DNA of 64,000 bases from Chrysomallon squamiferum (GCA_012295275.1 CM022677.1:13330001-13394000); one strand, 5' to 3'; numbered from the stretch's first letter, positions 30,519 through 45,628 are shown. Program-made: numbers and translations. The notes: generated from the sequence alone by a model not told the origin.

Positions 30519-32328
30519 TTATTGTTTATAACGTTTAAATATGTCTATTTGTGTCTCTTGAATTGTTTCTGTGAAGTCGTCGTAGAACGGTTGAGATTCC
30601 GGTATGTAGATCTTTAATGTTTTGTTATTTGAAGGCGGTGTGGGAGACACCAGTTCATCCTCTTCTTCTAATTTACGTTTACTACCTTTGTTTTCATCAG
30701 ATTCACCTTTGAATCGTTTCTGACTCTGTATGAAGAGATCCTGCGAAGCACAATAATTATTTTCCTGTTCTGGTTCGTCATCGTCTGACGATATCTCGAT
30801 ATATTTTCTTTTGTTAGGTGATGAATTGCAAAGTATATGTGTTTTTGACTGTCTGACTGTCATCAAAGTTATCTCTGAAATAACTATTCCTGCCGTCGAC
30901 TGTATTGTCATTTATATTGCTATTATGTTTTAGTCTAAAATATTCCCTGTCATTTTCCAAAGCTATCATCATTTCGTCCTCTGTAGGTTTGAAACCGATT
31001 TTGAATAATCCTGGATGTATCAGATTATAGGCTTGCTTCAATGTATCACTTTTCTTTAAATCCTGTAGAAAATAGAGTCGGGTTTTCATTATACTGATCT
31101 GACTAGAGGTGAGTCCGTCTCCAAACGGGTTGTTAGAGTTGATCATGCATAGATTAGCTCGACAGTAGGTTTAAACTGTCATCTGGTGTCATGTAATTAT
31201 CGATGTTTTCCGATAATGACAGAATCTGGTCGTATGCGTTCTTGATAATGACAGAATCTGGTCGTATGCGTTCTTGTCTGCTTCCTCTTCCATGTATTTC
31301 GATCTAGCAGCCTTGAATAGCTTTTCTCCTGATTTGTTAGCTACATATAGCTTTAAACTCGTTACTGTTACTGTCATATTTGCTGATTAACAAATTCTGT
31401 TTGTTCACGTCTGGATGTTTAACTATTAGTTTATAAAAGAAGTCAAATGTATCAGCTGATTTGTTCGTTATCAGATGAGATGGAACTAGTTGATCCTGTT
31501 TTCGTCTTCAGGTATAGTTTCTAACATCACTTCCTCCATCTTAGCTGCTGCGGAAGATGTTCTTTTGCCGTGATTCACGACAGGAGATGATGTTGCACTC
31601 TTATTGGAATTGACGTCTTCCTTTCTCACAGGCACTTTGATATCGGAAATAATTGTACTGTTATCTTTTATTGGTTGATCGTCAAAAAAATCTAACAGAA
31701 CGTTCATTAAGTCTTCTTCCTCCTCTTTGGAACATTTTTCTGTTTCGTTCCAAATGTGTAGCATCTTTTCGTCATTTGTTCCTAAATACATCATCTCCGA
31801 ATCGTTCATCAAATACATCATGTAGTTTTCTACAGATGTACATTGTGGATCCTTCAATTTACGAATCCTGATGTATCCATTTTCATTTAAAATTGCACGA
31901 TGGAGTCGTTTGTATTGTCTATCTTGTGATGGGGTCTTCATGTTAGTTTTCCATATAATGTGAACGTGAGAACCATAAGTAGGATAATTACTTTCTACTT
32001 GACAATCTTTTTGATGATATACTAATAGTATCTTCCAGTTCTTGTTTCGTATAAAGGATTTCAATTCTGTCACGACTCTGTCCTGTCCTTTTGCCAGATA
32101 TTCATAATTGGGCGTGGCCCAATGATCCAAAGTCTTGTCTAATATGTCTTGCTGATCCATCTGGTAGCTTTTAATATAATTCTTGCCTGGTGCGTAAACG
32201 TATTTACCTTCTTTGTCTTTAGCTAGAGATCTGGGTACCAAACATTTCGGGTGTACCGTGTTGTAACTGGTGTGTCCTATAACCACACTATAATAACTAT
32301 CTCCAACGGTTTCAACATATCTATCCAT
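30519..32328 (-). pseudogene. NS1: NS1 of unit 6, fragmented; Walker A/B region deleted
   Basis: HUH GSHVHIIW is retained in 31486-32346. A large deletion lies at ~31169 and a ~31-bp tandem duplication at ~31212-31274. C-terminal fragments span 30519-31146. Confidence 0.9.
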
Positions 32329-32405
32329 TATTAATCCTGATGACAATCAAAATTAAATTTATATGTTTGTTTAAAACATTCAATTTCATGTAACAGATAA
32401 CAAAC

Positions 32406-32538
32406 AAATGAGTAATTTTTTCGCTGAACGATCTTTTATTTATAACGTTATGAACATGACGTCACAAACATGACGTAATAAATGTTACGTGACTAAATTA
32501 ACGTAAATATTAACAGACTTTTAACTGTATTCTTACGC
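32406..32538 (-). promoter_or_regulatory. Internal NS1 promoter, unit 6
   Basis: TGACGTCA at 32457-32464, TATAAATAAA at 32444-32435 and TCATTT at ~32411-32406. Confidence 0.72.
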
Positions 32539-32576
32539 AACTATGAGAAAGTATTTTCATTTATTTATTTTTGTTT

Positions 32577-34267
32577 TTATACTGGATAAGACCAATCTCC
32601 TGTAATAGTTACACTTCTATCTCCATAAGCACCGTGTACTGGCCAGATAAATCGTCGTCTGGCTTTACGTTTATTCCAATTGTCCCATATAGGGGCATAT
32701 ATTCTCATTTTCCATGTTTTTTCGATTCGATCTTTATATTGTTTTACAGTTTCATCTAAGAATTGATCTTGTTCTGTATGTTTCACATTGTCTTTATTTC
32801 CTACAGGTGTTCAATTTAAAAAAAAGTCCTGACATAGTACCTGACGGACATCCACCCAAACCTATAGGTATGTATTTTGGACACATTGCCGTTCTGACTA
32901 AAAACTCCACCTCGCTATAATAAGTTATTTGTATGTTAGCATGGTAATTAAAGAATAATGTAGCTCCGTTGCTAGTTTTCTCTACATCAGGGTATAAACC
33001 TATTAGGAACATAGGAGGTCTATTGCATTGATAAGTGCGTCGGTGTTTACCGTCCATGCACGTGTTCACATTTGGATTATCTAAATCATTGCTAGATATA
33101 CCGCTTTTACCTAGTTTGGTGCTAGCATCATCTGCCATCGATGGTGCTCCTAAATCTTTACCAGCTTTATTTTGATAACAAGCTGAATAGTGTACATTTC
33201 TGTATTGATGGTTAAAATAGGTGGTGATAGCAGTCCATACATTCTTCATCTTTGAATCGATTATTATGAGATAGGTCCAAATGTTTATCAGGTAATCCAT
33301 AATCATTATAAATATCTGTAAATGTCCAAACTCGTGCATTTGGAGGTGCCATTACTGGTACTTCGTTTGGATCTGATTTAGTATTATTTGAAACATGTAT
33401 TATCATATTATTTATATTAAATCCGAATTTTTTAATTTTATAGCCTACAACCTCATCAGGTAAATTCCAATCGTCTGCCTTCGTGCTAGCTGCTTTATAC
33501 CAATAAGGTATAATGTGACCACCATGATTGAATGTAAATTCACATACATTTAGATCACCTATTGCATTTTTCCATGCTGAAGCATCTGTTGCATTATCTA
33601 TAACTGACATACTAGCTTTTCTTTGTTTAGATAAATTAATCTCACTAGTGAATGTTCGTTTAAATGTTTTTTTAATGGTAATATACCTCGGATTAGCTCC
33701 AGACGTTGTACCTCCAAATCCTTGGTATAAAACGTTATTTCCTGTAGCAGAGGCCATAGGAGCACCTTCACTTCCACCTGTATCAGTTACCTCTTCGTTC
33801 ATGATAGAATCAGGTTCCATTACGGACTCTTGAGGTTGAACATACGTTCCTTTGGAATTATATTGATCCAATACATCTTGTGATATCCTCGTAGATAGTT
33901 GATTATTATTATTAGGAACTTTGGAGCTAGATCCTCCTCCAGGTTCGATGTTTTGTCGTTTCATGCCTTGTTGTTCTGATGCTTTTAATGCTTGTTCGTC
34001 TTCTGGGTATATAGGCGTATTAAAAGGGTCCTCTTCGTCTTGATCTTCAATATGGTTATATTCGTTCCGAATATTTTGTATTGCCGAATAGAAATCTTGA
34101 TTTGGAATCTGTAAATTTGGATATTGACGTCGAATTTGTAACCACCTGTTTTGGCGCTGATCCACCGGCACATTTATCTCTGATAATATATCAAATGCTT
34201 TAGCTTTAGCTATAGCCCAAAGTCTGGTAACGTCCTTCTTGTTTAATATACGTTTCCCTTTATTCAT
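32577..34267 (-). pseudogene. VP: Capsid (VP) gene of unit 6 with internal deletion and frameshifts
   Basis: Fragments 33212-34267, 32794-33339 and 32577-32786. The sequence jumps from DEECMD to TAITTY near 33234. Confidence 0.9.
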
Positions 34268-34629
34268 GAAATTGGACTAGTAGTACGCATATATGATACG
34301 TATTCGTCCTCTTCAGTTTCCAATTCCTCTCGTTCTTCAGATTAAACGTTATTATCTACTGCTGTATCTTTTGAATTCACAAAATCAGTGAATTGATCCA
34401 AAGCGTCCTTTATTTGAGTTTTAGTATAGCTAGCAGTGCTTTCTACAGAAGATTCAACTATACTTTGTCCAATAGCAGTCGCTTGAGGTAGATATACACT
34501 GTCAGCTCCGACAATTTCGGCTATAGCTGGAGCGGTAGAATCTATAATAGCTGATGTAGCAAGTTCCACTGATGTATCAAACGCAAATTCAATGATTTCA
34601 GTAGCAATTATACCCAAAGCTGTGAACAT
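34264..34629 (-). pseudogene. Small acidic viral ORF of unit 6 with premature stop
   Basis: MFTALGII... with a stop at 34344-34342. Homology continues to the ATGA overlap at 34267-34264. Viral sequence ends about 30 nt upstream, with no right ITR. Confidence 0.87.
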
Positions 34630-34664
34630 CCTAATTCAACAACTGATAATAATCAAATGAACAA

Positions 34665-34960
34665 TATGCTGAATGACTCTTTGGCGTAATGGTCGGCAAG
34701 TTTGTTGCTGATGATGCTGACATGTGCTGGGAGCCACTTGATGATTAGTTGTTTGTCGTTGTGTTGTATGTCCTCGTGTAGATGTTGTATTCTGCTGAGT
34801 AGGTCTGGTCTGCTGGAATTCGGCCGTGCATGCTGAAAGGTGATTTGTGATACGGCTGAATTGTATGCATGTGGGTTTGTTTGTGTGATCTTGGACTATG
34901 AAGGCGAATCCTACTCTCCTGTTGTCTGGGATTTTGGATGTACGTGTGTTGTTTATAGTG
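34665..34960 (-). mobile_element. Possible decayed non-LTR retrotransposon fragment flanking the array
   Basis: Higher-GC, A/C-rich minus strand with an RVGFAF-like stretch reminiscent of LINE endonuclease regions. Weak evidence. Confidence 0.25.
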
Positions 34961-35258
34961 GTTGTTTGCTGCTGCTAGAAATATGGCTTTTTTGAACAGA
35001 TTATGTTGTTGTTATTTTTTATAATTAATACATTTTTACTATTTTCACTCTTTGTTTTTTACCTGGACATCTCCTCACACACAGAGACCCTAATGTGAAC
35101 TTGGCTTTTGGAATAAGCACCGTTTTATCAAGGTCAAGGTCATATGTATACTGCTGGGGACAGCAGGACTCGCAGGTACCTTCATTGAGGAAACGACAAG
35201 ACTGAAAAAAACATTAAAACAACAACAAAAAACACTTGTAAGTCAAGGTACCACTGCA

Positions 35259-35290
<32 letters not shown>

Positions 35291-35549
35291 ATATTACTAT
35301 TAATAAATTTGGGTATCAAATGCACACACACACGTTTACAAACAATTACAAACAACAGACATAGTTACATATACAGTTCAGCAAGCTATTGTTCAGTTTG
35401 AGGTCAAAGTTCAACTCAGCAGACAGTCAGTGTTCTTAGTTCCGTTGCATCCCCCAGCACACTCGGGGTGACAGCATTGGTTCAGCAGTTTTCCAAAACA
35501 ACACACATCACACTAGTCAGCACACTCCTCTCCGTGGATTACTCAACAA

Positions 35550-35582
<33 letters not shown>

Positions 35583-37081
35583 TAACAACAACAACAACAG
35601 ATAATAATAATAACAATAATAATTATAATAACAGTGGTTCACAAGCTTTTGTGAAATGGATTGTGGGAATCGGTGTAACTGGTGAAAGTTAAACAAAGGG
35701 AGGTTACTGAAAATGTTCAGGGTACAAGAACTTTGAACAATGTTCAGATTACTTGTTTGTCAAAAATACTATAAATAATGTGCAAATTTCCACTTTGTTA
35801 GACACAGGCATAGAGTAGGTGAAATTACACGGTGTGTTATAGTTTTTATTTCACAGTGATAATAAAATGAAGGTGACTGTTTTTCAGTGAGATCTGACCA
35901 ACAAGATCAGTTTTTGTCTCAGTAAGTATTAGGATTTTCCTGTTCTGAGTAGAACTCAGTGAATGAATGATCAAAATCTGTGACAGATGTTTTACTGTCT
36001 ATGAGAAGGTGTTTATAACATATTTTTTCTTGCTGACCAATGGAAGCAGTTATCTAACTGTTTGTTATAACTGTCTTCATGATTGAGTGGATGTACATTG
36101 ACAGACATCTGCAACAGACATTTAAGTATCTGATAACCCAAACAAAGCCTCATAACAATCATCATTAAAATAAATAACAATAAAAACCATCTCTAATTAC
36201 ATTATCTGATCTAGACCGAACAGAACTTAAAGGAGTAAGAAATAATAATAAAAAAAACAACAACAACACACTCTCTCTCTCTCTCATAATTATGAAAAAT
36301 TTATTAACATTAAACTTATTTTAAAATTCATTCAGTCTTAGTCGTTGTTTTCTGCTAAGTACTTAATTGTTTTTATTTGTATTACTAATACTTTAGTAAA
36401 TTTTAAGTGAAATGAAGTAAACTGAAACTATTTTTATAAATTACTTTGTTGTTTTCTTAACTATTTAGTGTAAACATTAAATATGAAATAAAAGCAATTT
36501 TTAAAATCATTTTGTTATTTCTTTTTACTATTTTCTGTAAACAATTTATTATTAAATGAAATAAAATAATGTAAAGTTAATGCATGTTTTTATATTTTCT
36601 GTAAACAATTAATTGTTATATGAAATAAAATGATTTTTGAAATTATTGTTTTTTTACTATTTCTCTATTAAATGAAATAAATATGGTTTTTGAAATTAAT
36701 GTGTTAACAACTATTAAATGAAGTAATTTTAAAAACTAAAATTTACCAGTTTCTGTAACCATTAATTGAAATAAAACTGATTTTAAAACCACAATGTGCT
36801 TGTTTTCTTTACGGATAATTTATTTCTAACATTACAAACATTTATATATATATATGATGGAGGAGGGTATACAGATCTGTTGAATATTTTTGAGGGGTGT
36901 GTTAATTCTCTAGGGACAGGGAAGTGATGGGTAAAATCAAAGTAAAACAGTAGATAAGTGCTGGTGTAGGTGGACATTTTTTAAAAATAAAAATTGGATT
37001 TGGGCAACATGTCTATTTTCAGTGACTTGTTTATGTAGATATGATTCTTGGTGACTGTATCTGTGTGTGTGTGTATGTGTT

Positions 37082-37085
<4 letters not shown>

Positions 37086-37170
<85 letters not shown>
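37086..37170. repeat. (GA)n microsatellite
   Basis: Directly visible. Confidence 0.98.
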
Positions 37171-37174
<4 letters not shown>

Positions 37175-38485
37175 TTTAAAGGAATGGAGACAGAAACAGA
37201 ATAATTGCTAATCATGTTAAAGAGTGTGGTGAAGGAAGGATAGGAATAAACAGAAGGAATTAAGAATCATGTTAAAGAGTGGTGAAGGAAGGATAAACAA
37301 AACACTATAATTAACTGTACAACACTGAAGGAAGGAGGGAATATTCAGACAATGGCTTTCATGTTAAATTTTATGGTCAAAGGAAGGATAGGATTTTAAA
37401 CAGAAGGATGGTTTTTAAAATTTTTTGTTAAATAGTTGTTGTTTTGAAGGAAGGATAGGAATAAAATAAGATTGTAAAGTTTATCATCTTAACAAGAATG
37501 AAGGAAGGATAAAATAAACAGATGAAGACATTGATTCATATCTTTAAAGTTCTGTGGTGAAGGAAGGATAGGAATAAATAGAAGGAATTAAGAAACAAAA
37601 AAAGGGCGCGCAAACTTACAGATCTTAAACATAACACTATAATTAACTATACAACACTAACAGAGTTTACATTCATACAACTTTTCAAATTAAATTTTAT
37701 ATTTCTCATAGAAACTACTATTTTTTCTTAAATTTCGTAGGTTTTTTTTTTTATATATTATTATTATTGTTGTTGTTGAGATAGAAGCTATTTTGAAATA
37801 TTAATTATAAGATTGTAAAGTTTACATTCTGTACAAGAATATGTCTAAGAAAATAAGCAGATGAAGACAGTGATTCAGTATCTTTTCTAACCGTTCTCGC
37901 TTTCCTCTAATTCAGTACACAGACTACGTGTGTCCCTCTAGTCATCGCTCTAAACCAGGGCTGCGCAAACTTTCAGATCTTACAGGCCGCTCCGCTTTAA
38001 CTTCACTGGCCGCACAAATTTCATTTGTGACTACGTAAAATCTGAAAGCGTAACATACATGACTTTGCCTAATTTTCTAACAGTGAATCTCTGTAACGTA
38101 AATGTAAACAAAACTTAAACTACGTTGTTCGTCCTCTAAATTAACCGGTCCAGAGGCAATCCATCAGCGAAGTGAACAACACTAACGCACAGTAAAACAT
38201 AAATCCCACTTTACAAATGTATTTCCTTCATGGCGTTTACTGTTGTGGGGTGCATAATTTCGATTAATTTCCCGTTCCGAATACTTTACTTTGCTATTTC
38301 TCTTTCGATTATGTGATTAAGTAGATTATACTTTCCCCAACAATTTATTTATCCTGTAACTACAGAAACTCATAAAATCACATCTGCACGTCTTTTCCTT
38401 TTTATAATAATAATAATAATAACGGCAATGATAATAATAAAATAATAATAATTATTATTAGTATTATTAGTATTAAAACAACAGC

Positions 38486-38486
<1 letters not shown>

Positions 38487-38549
<63 letters not shown>
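38487..38549. repeat. (AAT)n microsatellite
   Basis: Directly visible. Similar tracts lie at ~39482-39635, ~46700-46780, ~50755-50801 and ~56630-56830. Confidence 0.97.
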
Positions 38550-39481
38550 GTAATAAGTTTTCTGATCTGTTCAGTTTTAACAATGTCAAGTACAAAACTC
38601 TTGAAAGACTGAACTGCTTGGTATCGTGTAATGGTTTATGGTAAAAACGGCTTGAGACTTTTTTATTACATTATTTTTGTATTAAATATTATTATTGTTA
38701 GAATAGCAATAATAGCAGGAGTAGTAGTAGTAGTAGTATAAAGTGTTTGACTGGCAGTAGTAATAATAGTAGTAGTAATAGTAGAAGTAGCATAGTAGAA
38801 GTAGTAGTTAAAACATACCAGTTTTTTATAAATGAAGATATTAGCTGTAACATGTTCATCAAACAATAAGAGAATAACAGAACAAAATAACAACAACAAA
38901 AATATTTTCACTAATCATTTATTTTTAACAAAAAGACAAATGAAAATGGAATATAATTTTTTTTTCTTTTTTCCAAGCATGATGCAAAAATGAGAGAAAA
39001 AAATTAAAAATACAACTACTGAAAATTATTATTGAGCATTCATGTAGGTATTTCACAACGATTCTTTAAAAATTAACAGACCGACAGACAGACTAGAAAA
39101 CAGAACATAGATTCATAACTAGATTAATGAACAGAAATACAATAAGAACAAATAAAATTAAATGAAATTGAATGAGAGAAAAATATACAGAAATGAAAGA
39201 AAAATGTATGAGGATGATTGAGACAGAAGAATATAAGAGGAAAAATTTAGAAACTTTTAAATATTATATTTTTATCCTGAAAATATTAACGTTTTTTAAA
39301 AACAAAAAAATAACAATTAAAACAGATGAGGTTCTTTGTCCAAATTAATTTGCATACGCACACAAGTACACACATGCACACACACATTGTTTGAATGAAT
39401 GTATTTTTAAATAAAATTCTTCAAGAAAAGAGAAGATCCCACCTAACAACCCCCAACTTTTATGAAACTATTTCTTCCAAA

Positions 39482-39513
<32 letters not shown>

Positions 39514-42500
39514 TAATAACAATAATAATAATAACAATAATAACAATACTAATAAAAACAATAATAAAACAATAATAATAATAATAATAACAATAATAAC
39601 AATAACAACAACAACAATAATAATAATAATAATAAACCATACTAAATAATAAAGAAATAAAGAAATAGATAAACAGTATTCTTTAATTTTCTCCATTTGA
39701 CTGCCAGCTACTTTTTAAAATTACATAATCAGAAATATACAACTGAAAAATAAAATAAAAATAATAAATACTAATAAAAAAATATTTTGTAATAAGCAGA
39801 CATTGAAGAGAACATTTTGTTGGCAGTATAATTATAAACAACACAAATTATGGATGATGTTTGTTTTCATCTGAAGAGCTGAAATGGTGAAATCTCTTAG
39901 TGTTTGATGCACAGCATAACAGAGACTTTTCTTCACTAAAATTATTAAACTTATTATATAAAAGCACCGACACATTATCAACTAAACCTATATTATTAAA
40001 CGATACATTCATTTTGAGTTAATTTTGATTCTAAATATATTGGATAACTGTTTTATAGTCAAACATTAATTAGTAATGTTATATATTGAAAACTACATAT
40101 TAACATCAAATAAGTGTTTTATAGTCAAACATTAATTAGATAGCAATGTTAATACTGAAAATTATTTATTAAAATAATATGATTAACTTTCATTAAATTA
40201 TTAAAGTTATATTTTAATACTAAAATGTTAACATTATAAAAAAACTGACAAATCCATTACATAAATAAAATAAAAATAAATATTACACACCAAACAGAAG
40301 AGAACAAAACCCACCAAATCAAAACATATTGTTGAAAATATTGGATATTTGTTGTTCAAAGTGATTTAATAATAATGGAATTAACATTTATATCTGAAGA
40401 CTTTTTGATGTTGATTTCAAAATTGCATGATCCAAATATTGCAAACTTCTCACATTAACAGTAAAACAAACAATTTTGGAGAATTAAAAAAATATATATT
40501 AATATAAAAGTAATAATAATTATTATTATAATAGAAAATTAAAATAACATCACTGACTAATACATATTTAAGTACTGAGGTTTGTTAGCATTCATAAAAT
40601 GAAATAAAGTTGTTTTTACACACACACACATACATGTGCGCGAGGCATAGATACACACATACAATGATAGCAGAATATAAATCTCTTTCCCTTGCTCCAC
40701 ACAAATAACATATAAACAGACACCAAGGAAACATTAAATAATAAGTACATTTTTAAAATAGCACTTTTATCAAATTCCAGAAATATAATAAGAGTTAAAA
40801 AAGATGCTAACACAAAAGATAAAAAGTAAAAACCTAGAAATTTGGACAGTATTCAATATTCACTAGACATAATTAGCTGATATAACACTGATCAAAAAGT
40901 TTCTATAAAATATGAATGCCACCCATATTTTACACCTGTACTGTCAAAGATACATCTAAAAGTATTAAAACATCTTTATAAAGTAAATTGTTGATACAGT
41001 ACTTTATCAAATAACAAAAACTAAAACAATATTTTAAAAACCATCTACTCTAAAAGATAAAGAGGTAAACATTTTGAGATAAAACTGGAAATGGTGTCTG
41101 ATGGTTTTCTCAAGGTGTTAATATCTGGAGAAAAGTTTATTTGTGTTTCTATCAGGCTCTGCAGACTTAACCCACGAACATCATATAAACTGCACACATC
41201 TAACAAATTCTAAACACCAAGTCATTTATAGAGTTCATCATCATCGTCCATGACAGCATCATGTTCTGTCTGCCGTTGTCTTATGTTCTCTTCTTTAGCT
41301 GCTGCGTCTCTTTTTGCTGTCTCGCAGGCTAACGTTTCCTTTATGATCTCCTCTAGTTTGACACTGATACCCTCCTCCATTCAGCTTCATCACCATCGCT
41401 CTGGTAGCTTACAAGAGGTGAACTGTTTGTGTTGGGACTAGAATCATCATCACTTGATAAAGGAGAGTTTCAGTTTGTTGGTTTCATGCTGCTGCATCTG
41501 TGACAGGAACATCTAACAGCCCTGTTTTTACAATACCCGAATATTTCCCAGAAGCCTTCCCAGCATCCTCTGTCTTTGAATGAGACACCATTGTGATCCC
41601 AGAATGCAATCCAGTACTAGCAGAATTATAACCTGACTGCAGCAGAGAAGTGGCTGACACATCACTAACAACCCTTTCAGACACACTGTTTAGTTGTTTT
41701 CTTTTCTACATTGTCACTTTCCAGCTGTGGTTTGTGACCTTGTGTTCCTTCCTCGTGATTATCTTTGTTTCACCTTGGAAAGTTATTGTCACTTGTAGAC
41801 CATGAATGTTCTTCCTTCTCTGTTTTCACTAAACTATTATTAGTTTAGTCAACCTGCTGATAGGTTCAGTGTTTTGTTCACATCAATGTTCCCATCCACT
41901 ATTTCATTCGTTTCAAAACTTGGCGTTTGACCTTCTTCAGTGCTTTGTTTATCAACCTGTTGTAGCTTGTCTGATTCAATCTTTGAGAAAAAGCTTTGAA
42001 CTTGTTGAAGACAACCTCTGCTTTCATCATCCTCACTTTTTTCTTGTTTTCGATCATCATCCAGTTTTTTTCTTGTTTTTTAATCATCTGCTCCCAACTT
42101 TCTTTTTTGTTAGTTTAGTTTTTTTACTTTTTGCGTTCATCCTCTTTTACTTTAGTATCTGTTTTTGACTTTTCCTTCACCTTTTCATCACAATGTTTAT
42201 CTATGCTGTGTTGATTGGTGTCATCTTCTCTAGCAGACTGAGTTTCGATTTGCTTTCACTGCCATGTAATACTTTCCTTTTACTCGAAACAATCAGTTCA
42301 CACTGGCTGGCAAGGATTGATGACCTCCACCATCAGTAAAAACTCCAAAATACCCAATTTTCTTCTATGGACCCTATCGGGCTGCATTCCTTGCATATCC
42401 TAAAGATATCTATCCATACGAGATGTTCAAAGACAAGTACCACACATGAAAGAGGAGACTGGGTTTTAATGAAGGCCTGCGTGAGATTATCCACAAACCA

Positions 42501-45500
42501 CCAGGAGAAGATATGGCTCATTGAACCAAAGCAGAGGGAACAGTGAAGTAGAGGTAAGATGAACTCAAAAGTAAACAGAAAGGTGGCAGAAAACGTGTAA
42601 TGGTGGAATCGAAAAAGATGTGCAAGAATATGAAGGTGAAAAGAGGGAAGATCATTAATGACACTGCAAAAAAAAAGATGTTTGAAGGATTTCTTGATTT
42701 GGAGGAATAAAAAGTACTGGTGTGAAAGTATAGAAAAGTCTAAGACAAAGAAGATTAAATCCACTGAAAAAATTACTGCCAGAGTGACAAAGAGTGACAT
42801 AGGCATTCTTGACGTGTACAATTCTGAAAAGAGAAAATACAAACTTTAGTTTATCTTTCAAAAGATTGACTAAAATGAAGAATTTTCATTGAACATAATA
42901 AACTGTAACAATCATTTTCTGTACTACAGCACTAGTCCGTACATGACTTTAGTCTTATACAAACACTGTCAGTCCACAGTAAACTGATGCCCACATATTT
43001 CTCATTAATTCACTGTTTCTACAATTCTTGTTCTCTCCTGACTCTTCATGAGCCACCGTTTTCAAGTGGAAAACATACAAGAAATTATTACAAATTGAAT
43101 TATATTCACAAATTTGTGAGATGTATTATGGTTTATCTAATTTGCATGAAATCTTGTGCTATCAGAAAAAGAATGATAATAATAACAATAACTTTAAGGA
43201 TTATCAGAGTGCTGTAGGTTTGATCATGTTGAGTTTTTTTATAATCATCTTTAACAAAATATGAACTGTTTTCAATTAATTATCTCTAATTACATATAAA
43301 TGATGCATTTATGTGTAATAATGAAATAGTTCTTAAAAGAAACTGATTTATATTTGCACATGCTTTTTCTCTTCTGTTCATGTAGACAAAAAAGTAGTGG
43401 ATATTTCAGAATGTTATTGCAAAAGCTGAAAAGTAGTATGAACCATGTTAGAATATTCAACACCTGTCATTAAAAAACACAAAAATACAACAGTCACCAT
43501 GCAGGCATTTTGAACATACAGTAATATTAAAAACAAACTTACAGAAAAACACACTAGATGTGTCTAAGTAGCAACTTTCACCTTGAAGAAATCTTTGCTT
43601 GGTAAAAATAAACTTCACCGGCTTAGCCCAATTCAAAATATAACTGAAATATAAAAAAAAAAAAAAATAAATCTGCATTAGCTCATTAAAATATATACAT
43701 CTAAAAACAATGAATTACGGTCATAAAACATTGAAAAATATCCATAAATACCTATCACTTTCAAAAACTCTTTACAGATTCTTGAACCTAAGATGTAGAC
43801 AAAGTATCAGCCCTGTAGTATTTCATCATATAATGACACAAAACAAAATCAAAAAAAGAAATTAAAATATAAAAAAATTCAAATAATTACTCAATTAACT
43901 GGAGCCAAAAGAGCCATTAAGAACACTTCTTCTGTAGTGACTTTATTAATGTTAACTGATTGTTTAAGCTTCCACTACTTTAAAACCAAGAAGTAAAATC
44001 TTTCATAGAAACAGCTTCCAAAACAAATGACTAGCTGCACAAATTTCAAAACACTGCCCATAATAAACTCCAGGATAGTTAATACAAAATCTGATTAACA
44101 TGACCAGGAAGAGTAGCTGTTTTAATTCTTAAAGATAGTACAGATCACACTGAACATATTGTGTTATTACCGGTTGCAGTTAAAAAAAAAAAAAAAAAAA
44201 AAGGACAGTTATTAAATGTTTAATCTCAGGAAGATGTCAGATTCTAGAGAACACTGCATCATGAACCAGGAAAGCAGGAAACTGCATCAATGTGCCAAGT
44301 TCACACTAAAAGTTACTGGCATTATTTTGCTAGTGTTTTTAAATAAATGTTTCTTGTTCAGCAATTTTTCTCAAACCTATCAGTTTTGATAATAGTTACA
44401 GACAACGTGCACTGGGGGAGGGGAGACAAAGTACTCTGATTATATCACCAGTAGAACAAATTAACAGTGTACATGCAACAATGGCTACAACCTTAACTTA
44501 CATACTTAAACTGAACCTATTGCTAGGACAACAATTTGTTTTTTCTCAGAAGTGTTAAGTACAGTCTGGCTTAATATTTTTTAGCACAAACATATCACTC
44601 ACCTACTGGGATGACCACACACCCAACCTTAATCACTCAAAACTATCTCATAAATTTGATATGAAACAAAATAATGCAATACATATTTCAGTCATAATAT
44701 TTTCATGATTACAGATCTTCTAACATGAAAGACGCAAAAACTGAAAGAAAATAAACAGGAATTTGAAAATATATGTTTAATCATGAAAAATTGTGTTTTA
44801 AACACTGGAAGACATTATTTACAACATATGCATGCAAATAAACACGTATTTTTGGCAATATTGTATCAAACCTTTTTTTTTAACCATCTTGCTGTGCACA
44901 TAATTTTTAAACTACATGAACAGGTAAAATTTATTTTATCTTTATATGTAACTTCTCCTCTAAATTTGAAGCTTATTTTTCCATAATACAGCTAATATAA
45001 AAAGTATGGCCTATAAAGTGAATATAATACTTAAAACACACCAGCATTTTCAACCCCTCAACCTTATGAAACCCTTGACATAAGTTTCATGTCTCAGGAA
45101 TCACTAAAACAAATTACTATATGCCATTATTAATAATTTTTTCTTTTATATTTTTATTATAGTATTTTTATGTATGATAAACTTAACTGGTTTAAGTAAA
45201 CAAATGATGCCCTTTTTTGGCAAAACTATTGGGATTGGTACCATAGAGAGACATCACTAAATATATTCCTTATAATTGTAACTAATCACTAAATATATTC
45301 CTTATGATTGTTATAACTTTAACTAATACAAGAGCTGAAGCCTATATTATTATAACCAAGACTTTCTTGGTAATCTGCTGTACATGTATAATAAAGTTAA
45401 AATATGAAATCAAAAATGTGTTAGCCTATCTATCTCTATTTCACAAGCACCCTCGGGTGATATCTAGCCAAACCCTGCTCATCTACACTGACAGAACTTT

Positions 45501-45628
45501 CAAAAACAGGCAAAAGCAATGTAAAAAACGAGAAATATATCAAATTAATATTTTAATAATAATGAAAAGTTTGCATTCCATAGGACACTATCAAATCTGA
45601 GATGTGATGGTTACAGCTGTTTCCAGAG

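Larger units (their letters stand above)
3395..34661 (-). mobile_element. Tandem array of six endogenous parvovirus/densovirus-like genomes
   Basis: Six NS1 homologues, five capsid-like ORFs and five small upstream ORFs in the same orientation, separated by long palindromes and flanked on both sides by unrelated host-type DNA. Outer boundaries approximate. Confidence 0.95.

Noticed and set aside
3380-34680. Target-site duplication around the whole array
   Set aside because: None is visible; the left end is scrambled and the right end is truncated before the ITR.
37958-38020. CAGGGCTGCGCAAAC, resembling a hAT-type terminal repeat
   Set aside because: I found no matching opposite end or target-site duplication.
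41090-42860. Coding-like, higher-complexity region with short ORFs on both strands
   Set aside because: Heavily interrupted, with no motif I can identify. A translated profile search would be needed.
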